From the NCBI RefSeq assembly GCF_025273655.1, contig NZ_CP045921.1:1-32000 (forward strand): DNA of 32,000 nt. Reading direction: 5' to 3'. How positions within the stretch are numbered: the stretch's first letter is position 1; each line of letters opens with the position of its first letter. The notes beneath the pieces are model-generated. The model ran no database searches and was not told the DNA's origin. It saw nothing but the letters and a program-made list of their open reading frames with translations. Source of the stretch: Candidatus Saccharimonadota bacterium (lineage in GTDB: Bacteria > Patescibacteriota > Saccharimonadia > Saccharimonadales > Saccharimonadaceae). Position numbers and translations under genes: made by a program. Positions 23,043 to 31,305 of the stretch are shown here, piece after piece.

Positions 23043-25586
23043 TTATGCGAATGGATTTGAAATCTGCTTGATAAGCTCTTGATTATTTGATTTTGCGAGA
23101 GTGGTCGGATTACCACGAAGTGCTTTTGCTGTCTCTATCATGTTGCGTGTACCTGCTCCATCTGCCGCGTTCATGGCATATTCAAGTATATGCTTGTCTG
23201 CTGTCGCCATGCCCTCTTGCGACATGGCGTTGTTGGCAAGGTTCTCGCGCACTCGCTCTGTGAATGACGCATTACTACCTTGTCCAGATGCATACTCTTG
23301 GATATCGCGCGCTGTCATTACTGCGCCGGCATGTTCGTTGACTGCTGTTGTGACTGTACGAAGTATAACCTGCGGGGCACCTTTATCTCTGGTCAGTTCA
23401 TCGACATAGTGTGCATAGCCATGGTGTGCTTGGCCACTCTCGTCATCAAAACTTCCGACCTGATGCCTAGCTACGTATTCTTTGAACGCGGCAGCGACCA
23501 TTTCCGGTGTTTGGTTGGCACGGTCATCAAGTACGCGCTCGAGCTCGCTATAGTCGGCATGCTGGAGTGAAAGGCCATGGGCGGACACCAGAGAGTCTTG
23601 CTCATTTGCGAGTTCGAGTTCTGCTTGCCCCCTCATTGCGGCCGCAAGATTATCGTTACCCCCCGCCATCTTTTTGGCATACTTTGGATCTTTGAATTGT
23701 TGATTGGTATAGTTTCGCTGTGCATAATTGAGTGCGTTTTGGGATTCAGTATCTTTCTGCTCGTTCATCATTTGCCGATGGTAGCGTCCACCCAATGCGG
23801 AGCCCGCCACACTGCGCGCTCGTCGCTTGACTCCTCCGTCCCCCTCTTTCGGTGTCACGATTTGCCCGAATTTACCACTGTAGGCACGTGCGGTAGCTTC
23901 TTTTTGTTTGCGGTTTGTGAATCCTGTCGCTCGATCTGAGAGTTTTTTGCCCACACCTTTCGCTCGAGACGACAATCCACCGGCAAATTTGGCAAGTTTT
24001 CCGCTTGATTTTAGTAAAAAGTACGTCATGAATAACGGTGCCGTCTGGACGCCAAGCGCGAATACCTGCATAAGTGCCCCGGGACTTGCAGAAAGAAGTA
24101 CGTTTGAAGCAAGTTTTGAGGCTCCAAAAAGAAGTGATATAACGGGGAACATAACAAGTAGTTTTACAAACAACCCCATCCAGCGATCGAACCATTTTTT
24201 GGTATTGGGCAGCAGGAACATTACGAAAATTATTGGCGATAAAACGATGAGAATCGTGATAAACGCTTGTCTAGCGATGAGAATAATCACAACTGTCGCA
24301 ACAGCAACTATGGCACTAATGATAACAGGAGCGAGAAAACCTAGGAGTGCAAACATACTACCTCCTATGACAGATCCACCCACCGCTATAACTGCAGTGG
24401 ATGCTGCACCAATAACAAGCGTACCAGCTAGTACACGAGAGGTTACTGTTTCAAATGTCGAGTTATTGCCTTGCGGCTGTTGCATACCCTCGAACAATTC
24501 TTTCATGGAGTAGCCAGCGATATTGGATATATCAACAGCTAGCATACAGATCCAGAATGATGTATTGACGAGAACTGCAGCTACAATCATGCGAGGGAGT
24601 AGTTTCTTGATACCGTAGTTACTGATCCCCTGTCCTGTTACCTGCGACCAAATGATAAAAAGAAATACGATCACAAACATTACGTTTGCGAGCAGCAAAA
24701 ATCGTGACCAAGATTTCTGCAGTTGAGCACGATTTGTAGGATTAGAGAGACTGTCGTAGCGAAGTAGTGGTTGTAGAAAATTATAGTATAGGCCATCGGC
24801 TATTTTGGCGGTGAATGCCATGGCTGGGCAGATCAGCCAGCCGATTCCTCCGACAACACATACGTCCTTTTTCCCATTTTTGGGTTTTGATTGAAATACA
24901 CCCTGGAGTGCCTCAGCTGGATAGCCGGTTTTTTGCGACATGCATTTATATAGGTCAGCCTCGGAGACGGTTTTAGAAATTCGGCCGGCACCACCGAGCT
25001 CGTTATAGCAATCGTCAAATGCCTTGTTGAGCTTCTTTTTGCAGCCGGCTAGATCCGTTGGTGAAACTTGCTGACAGACGGTTTCAGCGCCGTTATTAAG
25101 CCCTTCGCGCCTGTTGTTTAGGGCCGTACGCTGCTTACCTTTACCATCTTTCGCGTTACCGTTATTGATGGTGATGTTGAGGCGTGCACCATCTCCGCTA
25201 CCAAACCGATAACATCCAACACCATTGTTGCGAGTTGGTATGAGTACGGCTTCGCCTGCTTCGTTGACGTTTCCTTTGAAGCCAATATAATCATCGCACC
25301 CAGTATAGTCATTATCTGTATACCAATGGTCGAAGCCGGATAGGTTTTTAACAGCTCCGTTCGGCGTGCCACTCGAGGTAAAAGACATGCCGTTGTAGTT
25401 GAGGTGGTCGCCGTCCCAGTTTGCGTTTGTAGGGCAACCATCAAAGTTGTAGCCAGTTGAGAGAGTATTACTTGTGGTCTCAGAGCCACAGTTTAGCTTC
25501 GAGGCATGAACTTGCTGTGAAGTTGTAACGCACAGTAGTATACTTGCCGCTACTGCTGTCGCCAAGAGGTAGAATATCTTATTCAC
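23043..25586 (-). CDS. VirB6/TrbL-like polytopic T4SS membrane protein, paralog A (847 aa)
   Basis: GTG 25586. Signal peptide MNKIFYLLATAVAASILLCVTTSQQVHA. About 250-aa Cys-containing ectodomain (DGCPTNANWDGDHLNYNG...SGTPNGAVKNL). GIGWLICPA motif, then at least six hydrophobic helices (FLLLANVMFVIVFLFIIW, MIVAAVLVNTSFWICMLAV, AFITILIVLSPIIFVMFLL). About 300-aa hydrophilic tail. The family call is by topology and resemblance only. Confidence 0.65.
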   Translation of the reverse strand: MNKIFYLLATAVAASILLCVTTSQQVHASKLNCGSETTSNTLSTGYNFDGCPTNANWDGDHLNYNGMSFTSSGTPNGAVKNLSGFDHWYTDNDYTGCDDYIGFKGNVNEAGEAVLIPTRNNGVGCYRFGSGDGARLNITINNGNAKDGKGKQRTALNNRREGLNNGAETVCQQVSPTDLAGCKKKLNKAFDDCYNELGGAGRISKTVSEADLYKCMSQKTGYPAEALQGVFQSKPKNGKKDVCVVGGIGWLICPAMAFTAKIADGLYYNFLQPLLRYDSLSNPTNRAQLQKSWSRFLLLANVMFVIVFLFIIWSQVTGQGISNYGIKKLLPRMIVAAVLVNTSFWICMLAVDISNIAGYSMKELFEGMQQPQGNNSTFETVTSRVLAGTLVIGAASTAVIAVGGSVIGGSMFALLGFLAPVIISAIVAVATVVIILIARQAFITILIVLSPIIFVMFLLPNTKKWFDRWMGLFVKLLVMFPVISLLFGASKLASNVLLSASPGALMQVFALGVQTAPLFMTYFLLKSSGKLAKFAGGLSSRAKGVGKKLSDRATGFTNRKQKEATARAYSGKFGQIVTPKEGDGGVKRRARSVAGSALGGRYHRQMMNEQKDTESQNALNYAQRNYTNQQFKDPKYAKKMAGGNDNLAAAMRGQAELELANEQDSLVSAHGLSLQHADYSELERVLDDRANQTPEMVAAAFKEYVARHQVGSFDDESGQAHHGYAHYVDELTRDKGAPQVILRTVTTAVNEHAGAVMTARDIQEYASGQGSNASFTERVRENLANNAMSQEGMATADKHILEYAMNAADGAGTRNMIETAKALRGNPTTLAKSNNQELIKQISNPFA

Positions 25587-25598
25587 GAGCTGATCCCG

Positions 25599-28124
25599 TT
25601 AAAAATTGCCCTTTGCAAAGTTGTCGATAGAGCCTTTGGATTTACCAACACCAGTGTAGGCTTGGCTTCCTTGAAGGTTTTTTGCTGCACCCGTAACTTG
25701 TTGCTGAATAGCCTGATTGTTTTTGGCCAGATCTTTAATATGTGCTATCTCGTCTGCCCCAGCACCTGCAAGACCATTGGCCGAAAGCCTACCGCCAGCA
25801 AGCTGTTGTGAGACCATGTCATTAAAGCTTGAAACGTTTTGCTCAGGATTGATCATTTGACCGTTAGAGATAGCTGCCTTATTGGCTGCTCCGAGGTATG
25901 CGCTTCCAGAAAGAGCCCCGGCGGTTGCACGAGTAATGACGTTTGCATGGCCTTTGGCCTCTTCTTGAGTTTTATTGATATATTTGCCATACCCAGGGGT
26001 GGTTGTGCCGTCTTGGTTGGTCTTGTCTGCTACATCGCCTATTTTAATCAATTGCGCCAAGGCTGCTGCTTGTTCCTCTGCACTAGTATTTTTATCATCG
26101 AGTATCTTCGCAAGATCTTCGGCAGTCTTTTCTGCCATGACATATGACAAACCTTTTAGTACATCGTCCTCTGCTTTGTGTGCCCCAGCTACGGCTTGCC
26201 CTTGAAGTACTGCATCAAGTCGAGCATTTCCTGTATTCGCACCGCTCATTAGCCTGTCGCGATTAAACTCACCCTGGCTGTATTTGAGCGCTTGTTCTGC
26301 TCTTGCGTCTTTTTCTTTACTATTGAGGTCACGCACAAACGAGCCTGATCCAACCCTTCGTCCAATATGCTTTGCCTTGCCCCATGCACCAGTCGGTGGA
26401 TTCACCTTGTCTGCATAGAGGCCGGCTGCGTTGCGCATTTGGCGGCGTTTGAGCATTTGTTGGCCCTTGTTGTTTGCGCGATCGAGTAGGCCTTTGGTCT
26501 TGTCGTTTGAGATAGCACCGATTTTACCAAGCATACCTCCGGTGCTTTTGAGTATTGCCGGGATGATAAAGAGTGGAATTGCCATGAGTCCTAGCGAGAA
26601 TATCTGCGTGAGTACACCGGTATCACCAAGTAGCACTACACCGGCCGCAAACTGGGCACCACCAAACACTAGGGCTACAAAGGGGTATAGCAGCAGCATG
26701 GAAATGAAGGTATCTTTCCAGCGATCAAACCACTTAGAAGTGTTCGGCAAAAGATAGGCTACAAATGCAAGCGGAGAGATGACTACCAGTATAGTGATTA
26801 TCGCTTGTCTGGCTACGAGGATCAAGATGACTGTGAGTGCAGCAAAAAGTGCCGAGAGCATGACTGGCAGTAGAAATGATAGTGTGCCAAGTAATGCACC
26901 AGACGCCGCGATACCTGCCACCACGACAGTACCGCCAAGCACTCCGGCCATAACGGTCTCAAACGTACTTGGCGTTTGGGCTCCTGCACCAGTTTGTCCT
27001 GTGGAGACTATGAGTTCCTTGAGGTTTGCGCCAATAATATTAGAGAGGTCTACCGCAACAATACAGACCCAGAAAGATATATTGACAAGAATCGCGGCGA
27101 TAATGATACGCGGCAGTAGTCGCTTGATGCTGTATGTGTTGAGTCCGGCTCCCGTGATTTGTGAATAGATGACAACTAGAAACGCACCGATAAATGCCAC
27201 GTTTGCGAGGTTACGCATGTTAGACCACTGGGTTTTTAGCGAATCTTGACTCTGTTGATTTGCCAATGAATCATAGCGCAAAAAACCCTCTAAGAAGTTG
27301 AATACCCCATCGGTTAGTTTGGCAAGAAAACTCGAAGCAGGACATATAATCCAACCAATACCGTCTTGGATTTTACAGGCGACCTGGGCATCGTCGGGGG
27401 GGTTGAACAACCCGGAGAGCTTATCTTTTGGGTAACCAGTTTTTCCTGCTATACATGTGAGCATTTTGTCTTCTGACTCTTTGTTGGCTGGTGTCTTCGC
27501 GCACTCGTCAAATGCGTTAGATATCTTATCTCGACACGCCTGGGCATTATCTGGATCGACGCTTTTACATATTTCGTCGACGTTTTCTTCTAGATTTTCT
27601 TTGGTGATATCTTCATTATTAGCCCCAGTGCCACTAGGAGAACCTTGATTATTCTTACCTTTGCCATTATTGAGGGTGATTTCCTTTTTTGCCGAGTTAT
27701 AGAGTGCACAACCGCCTCCGTAACCATTTCCAAAATGCGTAGGTATAACAGTAGCCTTCGTGGCTGTTTCTGGTGATCCATTGAAGGCTATATAGTCCGA
27801 GCAACCGGCAGTGACATCATTGTCATAGTAGTGTTCCCATCCAAGACCTTTTACTGCTCCGTTTGGTGTTCCACTCTTATTAAATGTTTCACCACCATAG
27901 TTGAGGTGATCTCCATCCCAGTTTGCATTACCGGGACAACCATCCCATTTATAGCCATTGTAACCGGTAACATAGTTTCCGCTAGCTTCACCACAGTCAA
28001 GGGCGTGCGCTGGACCCGCTGTCAGTGTCGAAATGAATACTGTAGTAAACAGACCCAAAAAGGCACTCACGATGAGATGAGTGAATGTTTTCCTGCTAGT
28101 TTTAATATCTACCCTTTTCATCAC
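25599..28124 (-). CDS. VirB6/TrbL-like polytopic T4SS membrane protein, paralog B (841 aa)
   Basis: ATG 28124, or the adjacent ATG 28121 with better spacing from GAGGGTG. Hydrophobic N-terminus. Ectodomain DGCPGNANWDGDHLNYGG...SGTPNGAVKGL, GIGWIICPA, and a TM core collinear with paralog A (RLLPRIIIAAILVNISFWVCIVAVDLSNIIG versus KLLPRMIVAAVLVNTSFWICMLAVDISNIAG). Divergent C-terminal tail. Confidence 0.65.
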   Translation of the reverse strand: MMKRVDIKTSRKTFTHLIVSAFLGLFTTVFISTLTAGPAHALDCGEASGNYVTGYNGYKWDGCPGNANWDGDHLNYGGETFNKSGTPNGAVKGLGWEHYYDNDVTAGCSDYIAFNGSPETATKATVIPTHFGNGYGGGCALYNSAKKEITLNNGKGKNNQGSPSGTGANNEDITKENLEENVDEICKSVDPDNAQACRDKISNAFDECAKTPANKESEDKMLTCIAGKTGYPKDKLSGLFNPPDDAQVACKIQDGIGWIICPASSFLAKLTDGVFNFLEGFLRYDSLANQQSQDSLKTQWSNMRNLANVAFIGAFLVVIYSQITGAGLNTYSIKRLLPRIIIAAILVNISFWVCIVAVDLSNIIGANLKELIVSTGQTGAGAQTPSTFETVMAGVLGGTVVVAGIAASGALLGTLSFLLPVMLSALFAALTVILILVARQAIITILVVISPLAFVAYLLPNTSKWFDRWKDTFISMLLLYPFVALVFGGAQFAAGVVLLGDTGVLTQIFSLGLMAIPLFIIPAILKSTGGMLGKIGAISNDKTKGLLDRANNKGQQMLKRRQMRNAAGLYADKVNPPTGAWGKAKHIGRRVGSGSFVRDLNSKEKDARAEQALKYSQGEFNRDRLMSGANTGNARLDAVLQGQAVAGAHKAEDDVLKGLSYVMAEKTAEDLAKILDDKNTSAEEQAAALAQLIKIGDVADKTNQDGTTTPGYGKYINKTQEEAKGHANVITRATAGALSGSAYLGAANKAAISNGQMINPEQNVSSFNDMVSQQLAGGRLSANGLAGAGADEIAHIKDLAKNNQAIQQQVTGAAKNLQGSQAYTGVGKSKGSIDNFAKGNF

Positions 28125-28160
28125 CCTCTAGTGTTTGTTACAAGTCATGTACAGTCGCTA

Positions 28161-28188
28161 CTGATAATAGTAGAATATGCTTATGCAA
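28161..28188 (-). promoter_or_regulatory. Candidate promoter for the VirB6-like operon
   Basis: Minus strand: TTGCAT (28188-28183), 16 nt spacer, TATCAG (28166-28161). It shares the extended -35 string TTGCATAA with the promoter at 9335-9363. Confidence 0.3.
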
Positions 28189-28225
28189 AAAGCAATATCT
28201 TTCTCATATATGTATCTCTGGTGGC

Positions 28226-28252
28226 TTGCCAAGTGCTCGTAAATGGTATATT
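28226..28252 (+). promoter_or_regulatory. Candidate promoter for the pilin array
   Basis: TTGCCA (28226-28231), 15 nt spacer, TATATT (28247-28252), preceded by TGG (extended -10 TGn). It lies 16 nt upstream of ATG 28269. The spacer is short, so the call is weak. Confidence 0.3.
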
Positions 28253-28268
28253 TTATTGATAAGTAGTT

Positions 28269-28733
28269 ATGAAAACGAAAATAAAACAAATAGTACACGT
28301 AGTAGGATTTGGCATCATCAGTATGAGTATGATGATTGCTGCATTTGGTGTGTTTGGGGATACTACTTACGCCTCGAGCTCATGTCCTCAGGGTTCATCG
28401 GGAACTGTCAACGGTGTCACCTGTAGTGGAGCCAAAGAGTGTGGCGGCGTGAAGACCGCCATCATTAGCTGTACCGAGTCCGGCGGCAATGATGTGCAAA
28501 ACTCTGGTATTTTAGGTATATTGAAACTCGTTGTCCGCGTACTTGCCATTGGCGTGGGAGTCGTTGCGGTTGCGGGCATAGGCTGGGGCGCGATTCAGTA
28601 TGCAACCGCCCAAGATAATGCAGGCCAAATTAACGAAGCTATCTCTATAATTCGTAACGTTATCATTGGCTTGGTTGCATTTGCTTTTATGACCGTATTC
28701 TTAAACTTTATTGTCCCTGGAGGAGTTCTATAA
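28269..28733 (+). CDS. VirB2/TrbC-like T4SS pilin paralog 1 (154 aa)
   Basis: Signal-like N-terminus, 4-Cys variable ectodomain (SSSCPQGSSGTVNGVTCSGAKECGG...ISCTESGG), then helix-loop-helix core VAVAGIGWGAIQYATAQDNAGQINEAISIIRNVIIGLVAFAFM. Confidence 0.7.
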   Translation: MKTKIKQIVHVVGFGIISMSMMIAAFGVFGDTTYASSSCPQGSSGTVNGVTCSGAKECGGVKTAIISCTESGGNDVQNSGILGILKLVVRVLAIGVGVVAVAGIGWGAIQYATAQDNAGQINEAISIIRNVIIGLVAFAFMTVFLNFIVPGGVL

Positions 28734-28734
28734 T

Positions 28735-29157
28735 ATGAAAAAGCCTACTTTACTGAGATCTCTACTGTTGATACCTGTGCTTTTGGGGGCATTTTTCGTC
28801 GCTGCTCCATCGGCCAACGCTGTCGGTACTTGTAATTTCAATTCGCGCTTCCTTACCTTTCCTACATGGTGGCGAGGAATTCCTACGGACACAGGTACCT
28901 GCTCGCTCAAAATGGAAGACATCCCCCCCGAACGACTCGTATCGATTATCGCTGCCAATATAGCAGAAGTGATTATTCAGTTAGTCGGATACGCAAGTGC
29001 AATATTTATAATTGTAGGTGGATTCAAATATATTACGAGCAGCGGCTCGCCAGATGGTATGACAAGTGCTCGTAAGACGATACAGAATGCAGTGATAGGA
29101 CTCCTTGTGTCTATCCTATCCGTTGGAATAGTAAATATAGTGTTTAGCAGGTTATAA
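28735..29157 (+). CDS. VirB2/TrbC-like T4SS pilin paralog 2 (140 aa)
   Basis: Preferred ATG 28735 with GGAGGAG 12 nt upstream (track start 28711 is TTG inside paralog 1). Signal peptide MKKPTLLRSLLLIPVLLGAFFVAAPSANA, 2-Cys ectodomain, core FIIVGGFKYITSSGSPDGMTSARKTIQNAVIGLLVSILS. Confidence 0.7.
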   Translation: MKKPTLLRSLLLIPVLLGAFFVAAPSANAVGTCNFNSRFLTFPTWWRGIPTDTGTCSLKMEDIPPERLVSIIAANIAEVIIQLVGYASAIFIIVGGFKYITSSGSPDGMTSARKTIQNAVIGLLVSILSVGIVNIVFSRL

Positions 29158-29159
29158 AT

Positions 29160-29459
29160 ATGTCGATGTATAGTATTTTTGCAGGTCTCATCAGTGGGGC
29201 GGATGTCGGACTTAGTGGTATGCAGGTTGCCGATTCTACCACCGCGTGGAATAGCCTTCTTAATACGGTTTATTCTATCGCTGGTATTGTAGCAGTACTA
29301 GTGATCATAGTAGCTGGCATCTACTATGCAACTTCAAATGGTGATGCTGGCAATATCCAGCGTGCCAAAAATGCTATCCTCTACTCCGTAATTGGTATAA
29401 TTGTGATTATTATGGCATTTACAATTACGCAGTTTGTTATCGGACGAGCAGCCGGGTGA
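29160..29459 (+). CDS. VirB2/TrbC-like T4SS pilin paralog 3, short form with no obvious signal peptide or ectodomain (99 aa)
   Basis: Core VLVIIVAGIYYATSNGDAGNIQRAKNAILYSVIGIIVIIMA. ATG lies 2 nt after the paralog 2 stop. Weak SD. Confidence 0.65.
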   Translation: MSMYSIFAGLISGADVGLSGMQVADSTTAWNSLLNTVYSIAGIVAVLVIIVAGIYYATSNGDAGNIQRAKNAILYSVIGIIVIIMAFTITQFVIGRAAG

Positions 29460-29487
29460 ACGGATTAAATAAACGAAGGAACGAATA

Positions 29488-29856
29488 ATGAAGCAGATTT
29501 TTCTTACAATTGCAGTAGTCGTCGGTCTTGCAGGAGGTACGCTCCTCTTCGCAAGCCATGCGGACGCGTTAAATGCGTGGGGTGCATGTAGTAACGGTGG
29601 TAGTGGTGCGGTTTGTAGTGCAAGTGGTTCGGACGACTTCAGCAAAACTATGCAAAACATCATCAACATGATGCTGTATGTACTTGGTGTTATTGCCGTA
29701 ATTGCTATCATCATTGGCGGTATTCGCTATGCAACCGCCAACGGCGATGCGAGTCATATTAAGCAGGCTAAGGATACTATCCTCTATGCTGTTATTGGGC
29801 TCATCGTGGCAATCATGGCCGGGGCGATAGTAAACTTTGTAGTTGGACGTTTTTAG
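29488..29856 (+). CDS. VirB2/TrbC-like T4SS pilin paralog 4 (122 aa)
   Basis: GAAGGAA SD. Signal peptide MKQIFLTIAVVVGLAGGTLLFASHADA, 2-Cys ectodomain (WGACSNGGSGAVCSASG), core IAIIIGGIRYATANGDASHIKQAKDTILYAVIGLIVAIMA. Confidence 0.75.
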   Translation: MKQIFLTIAVVVGLAGGTLLFASHADALNAWGACSNGGSGAVCSASGSDDFSKTMQNIINMMLYVLGVIAVIAIIIGGIRYATANGDASHIKQAKDTILYAVIGLIVAIMAGAIVNFVVGRF

Positions 29857-29864
29857 CGTATAAT
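29837..29864 (+). promoter_or_regulatory. Candidate internal promoter in front of pilin paralog 5
   Basis: TTGTAG (29837-29842), 16 nt spacer, consensus TATAAT (29859-29864). The second in-frame ATG (29872, MKTKYTH...) lies 7 nt after the -10, which is compatible with a leaderless transcript. Confidence 0.3.
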
Positions 29865-30249
29865 GCGACTCATGAAGACAAAATACACACATAAACTAAA
29901 AAGTGCGACAGGTGTACTTACTGCTGCATTTGCAGTTGCAACGGCCTACACTAGCAATGCCTTTGCGAGTGCAGCGAGTGAGATTGGGAGTGGCGCGAAT
30001 TCTACCGGCCAGACAAGCGGGGTTACATTTCAGCAGGGGGTTACGACAGTAACAAATATCCTACTGTTCCTTATTGGTCTTGTGGCCGTGATTATGATCA
30101 TCATCGGTGGTATTCGCTACACTACATCTAACGGAGACGCAAGCCAGACAAAAGCAGCCAAGGACACTATTTTGTATGCTATTGTCGGACTTGTTGTCGC
30201 AATCATGGCGTATGCAATTGTGAGCTGGGTTGTTAAAACCTTTGTGTAG
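29863..30249 (+). CDS. VirB2/TrbC-like T4SS pilin paralog 5 (128 aa, or 125 aa from ATG 29872)
   Basis: Signal-like N-terminus ...GVLTAAFAVATAYTSNAFA, Cys-free Ser/Gly/Thr-rich ectodomain, core IMIIIGGIRYTTSNGDASQTKAAKDTILYAIVGLVVAIMA. Confidence 0.75.
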   Translation: MRLMKTKYTHKLKSATGVLTAAFAVATAYTSNAFASAASEIGSGANSTGQTSGVTFQQGVTTVTNILLFLIGLVAVIMIIIGGIRYTTSNGDASQTKAAKDTILYAIVGLVVAIMAYAIVSWVVKTFV

Positions 30250-30261
30250 TGAGTACAGAAG

Positions 30262-30290
30262 TTTACAACTGGTGTCTCATATGCTATAAA
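30262..30290 (+). promoter_or_regulatory. Candidate promoter for pilin paralog 6
   Basis: TTTACA (30262-30267), 17 nt spacer, TATAAA (30285-30290), with TGC immediately upstream (extended -10). It lies in the 70-bp gap before ATG 30320. Confidence 0.4.
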
Positions 30291-30319
30291 CATACAAAGA
30301 AAGAAAGGAACAAAATCAA

Positions 30320-30760
30320 ATGAAACAACAAGTAAAATCTCTCGCGACGCAGGCGCAGTACTATATGGCGGTGGTGTTTGCGACACTGAGTTTCGCACTT
30401 GCCGGTTTGTTCATGTTGGCTCCAGCTGCGCATGCAGCAGATTGTAACACCCAAGGCGGTGATAATCTTAGTATCTCGGCAGGTGTTAACTGTGCACAAG
30501 GTAAGGATCAACCGACAGAACTGTTTGGCGATCAAGGTATCTTCACCACTGTCACCAACGTACTATTGTTCTTGATCGGTGCGGTCAGTGTGATTATGCT
30601 GATCATTGGTGGTATTCGCTATACTATTTCAAACGGTGATCAGGGTGCAGTTACTTCTGCTAAGAACACGATTCTCTATGCGATTATCGGACTTGTCGTC
30701 GCAATCCTATCGTTTGCAGCCGTCTCATTCGTGACTGGTCAGTTCTCGTCAGAGCAATAG
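30320..30760 (+). CDS. VirB2/TrbC-like T4SS pilin paralog 6 (146 aa)
   Basis: AAAGGAA SD. Signal peptide ending LAPAAHA, 2-Cys ectodomain (ADCNTQGGDNLSISAGVNCAQG), core IMLIIGGIRYTISNGDQGAVTSAKNTILYAIIGLVVAILS. Confidence 0.75.
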   Translation: MKQQVKSLATQAQYYMAVVFATLSFALAGLFMLAPAAHAADCNTQGGDNLSISAGVNCAQGKDQPTELFGDQGIFTTVTNVLLFLIGAVSVIMLIIGGIRYTISNGDQGAVTSAKNTILYAIIGLVVAILSFAAVSFVTGQFSSEQ

Positions 30761-30778
30761 TCTCTCCGTTTCTCGGCC

Positions 30779-30812
30779 ATAAAAATACTCCCCTATCTGG
30801 GGAGTATTCTTA
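30779..30812. terminator. Bidirectional rho-independent terminator between convergent pilin 6 and hsp20
   Basis: Perfect 10-bp stem AATACTCCCC (30784-30793) / GGGGAGTATT (30799-30808) with 5-nt loop. On the minus strand it is followed by TTTTTAT, and on the plus strand by the weaker CTTAT. Confidence 0.65.
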
Positions 30813-30828
30813 TGGGTTGGGAGCCAGA

Positions 30829-31305
30829 TTACATAATCTGAATCTTCTTTGCCTGCTCTTGTACTACTTTCGGGAAACTGATAGTTAGTACACCGTCTTT
30901 GAGCGCAGCCTTGGCCTCGTCTTCTTTGACAGCCAGGGGTAATGCTAGTGTACGGCTAAACTCACCCCAGTAGCATTCCTGAATATGCCAGTTGTTGGCC
31001 TCAGATTCGTCACCGCTGCTCAGTGTACCGCTAATTGTCAGAATACCCTCACTAATACTGACATCGAGGTCGTCTTTGTTGACACCTGCGGTACGGGCTT
31101 TGATAACAAGCTCGTCATTTGTTTCATATACATCCACGGCGAGTTGCCCTGGGAAGTCATCTTCCTCGGGTTCGTCGAGTGGTGCTGGTTGGGCTGCTGG
31201 TTGAACGTAGTCGTCCTGAGGTGTTTGGGTCAGATCGTCGTCGTTCAGAAATGCAGCCGCCAGTTCGTCTTCGATTAGTAAATCGTCGTCTTTTTTACGG
31301 GCCAT
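30829..31305 (-). CDS. hsp20: Small heat-shock protein, Hsp20/alpha-crystallin family (158 aa)
   Basis: Preferred ATG 31305 with GGAGGA 6 nt upstream (track start 31317 is the GTG inside that SD). Alpha-crystallin motifs LAVDVYETNDELVIKARTAGV, GILTISG, FSRTLALP, AALKDGVLTISFPK. Confidence 0.9.
   Translation of the reverse strand: MARKKDDDLLIEDELAAAFLNDDDLTQTPQDDYVQPAAQPAPLDEPEEDDFPGQLAVDVYETNDELVIKARTAGVNKDDLDVSISEGILTISGTLSSGDESEANNWHIQECYWGEFSRTLALPLAVKEDEAKAALKDGVLTISFPKVVQEQAKKIQIM

Noticed and set aside
3792-30760. Interpreting the whole locus as an integrative conjugative element or prophage-like mobile element.
   Set aside because: No integrase, relaxase, coupling protein, replication or partition genes, flanking tRNA or direct repeats are visible, and the locus is fused to the dnaA-dnaN-recF core. 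This cannot be excluded without sequence beyond the window, so it is kept as the refutation test of the main finding.
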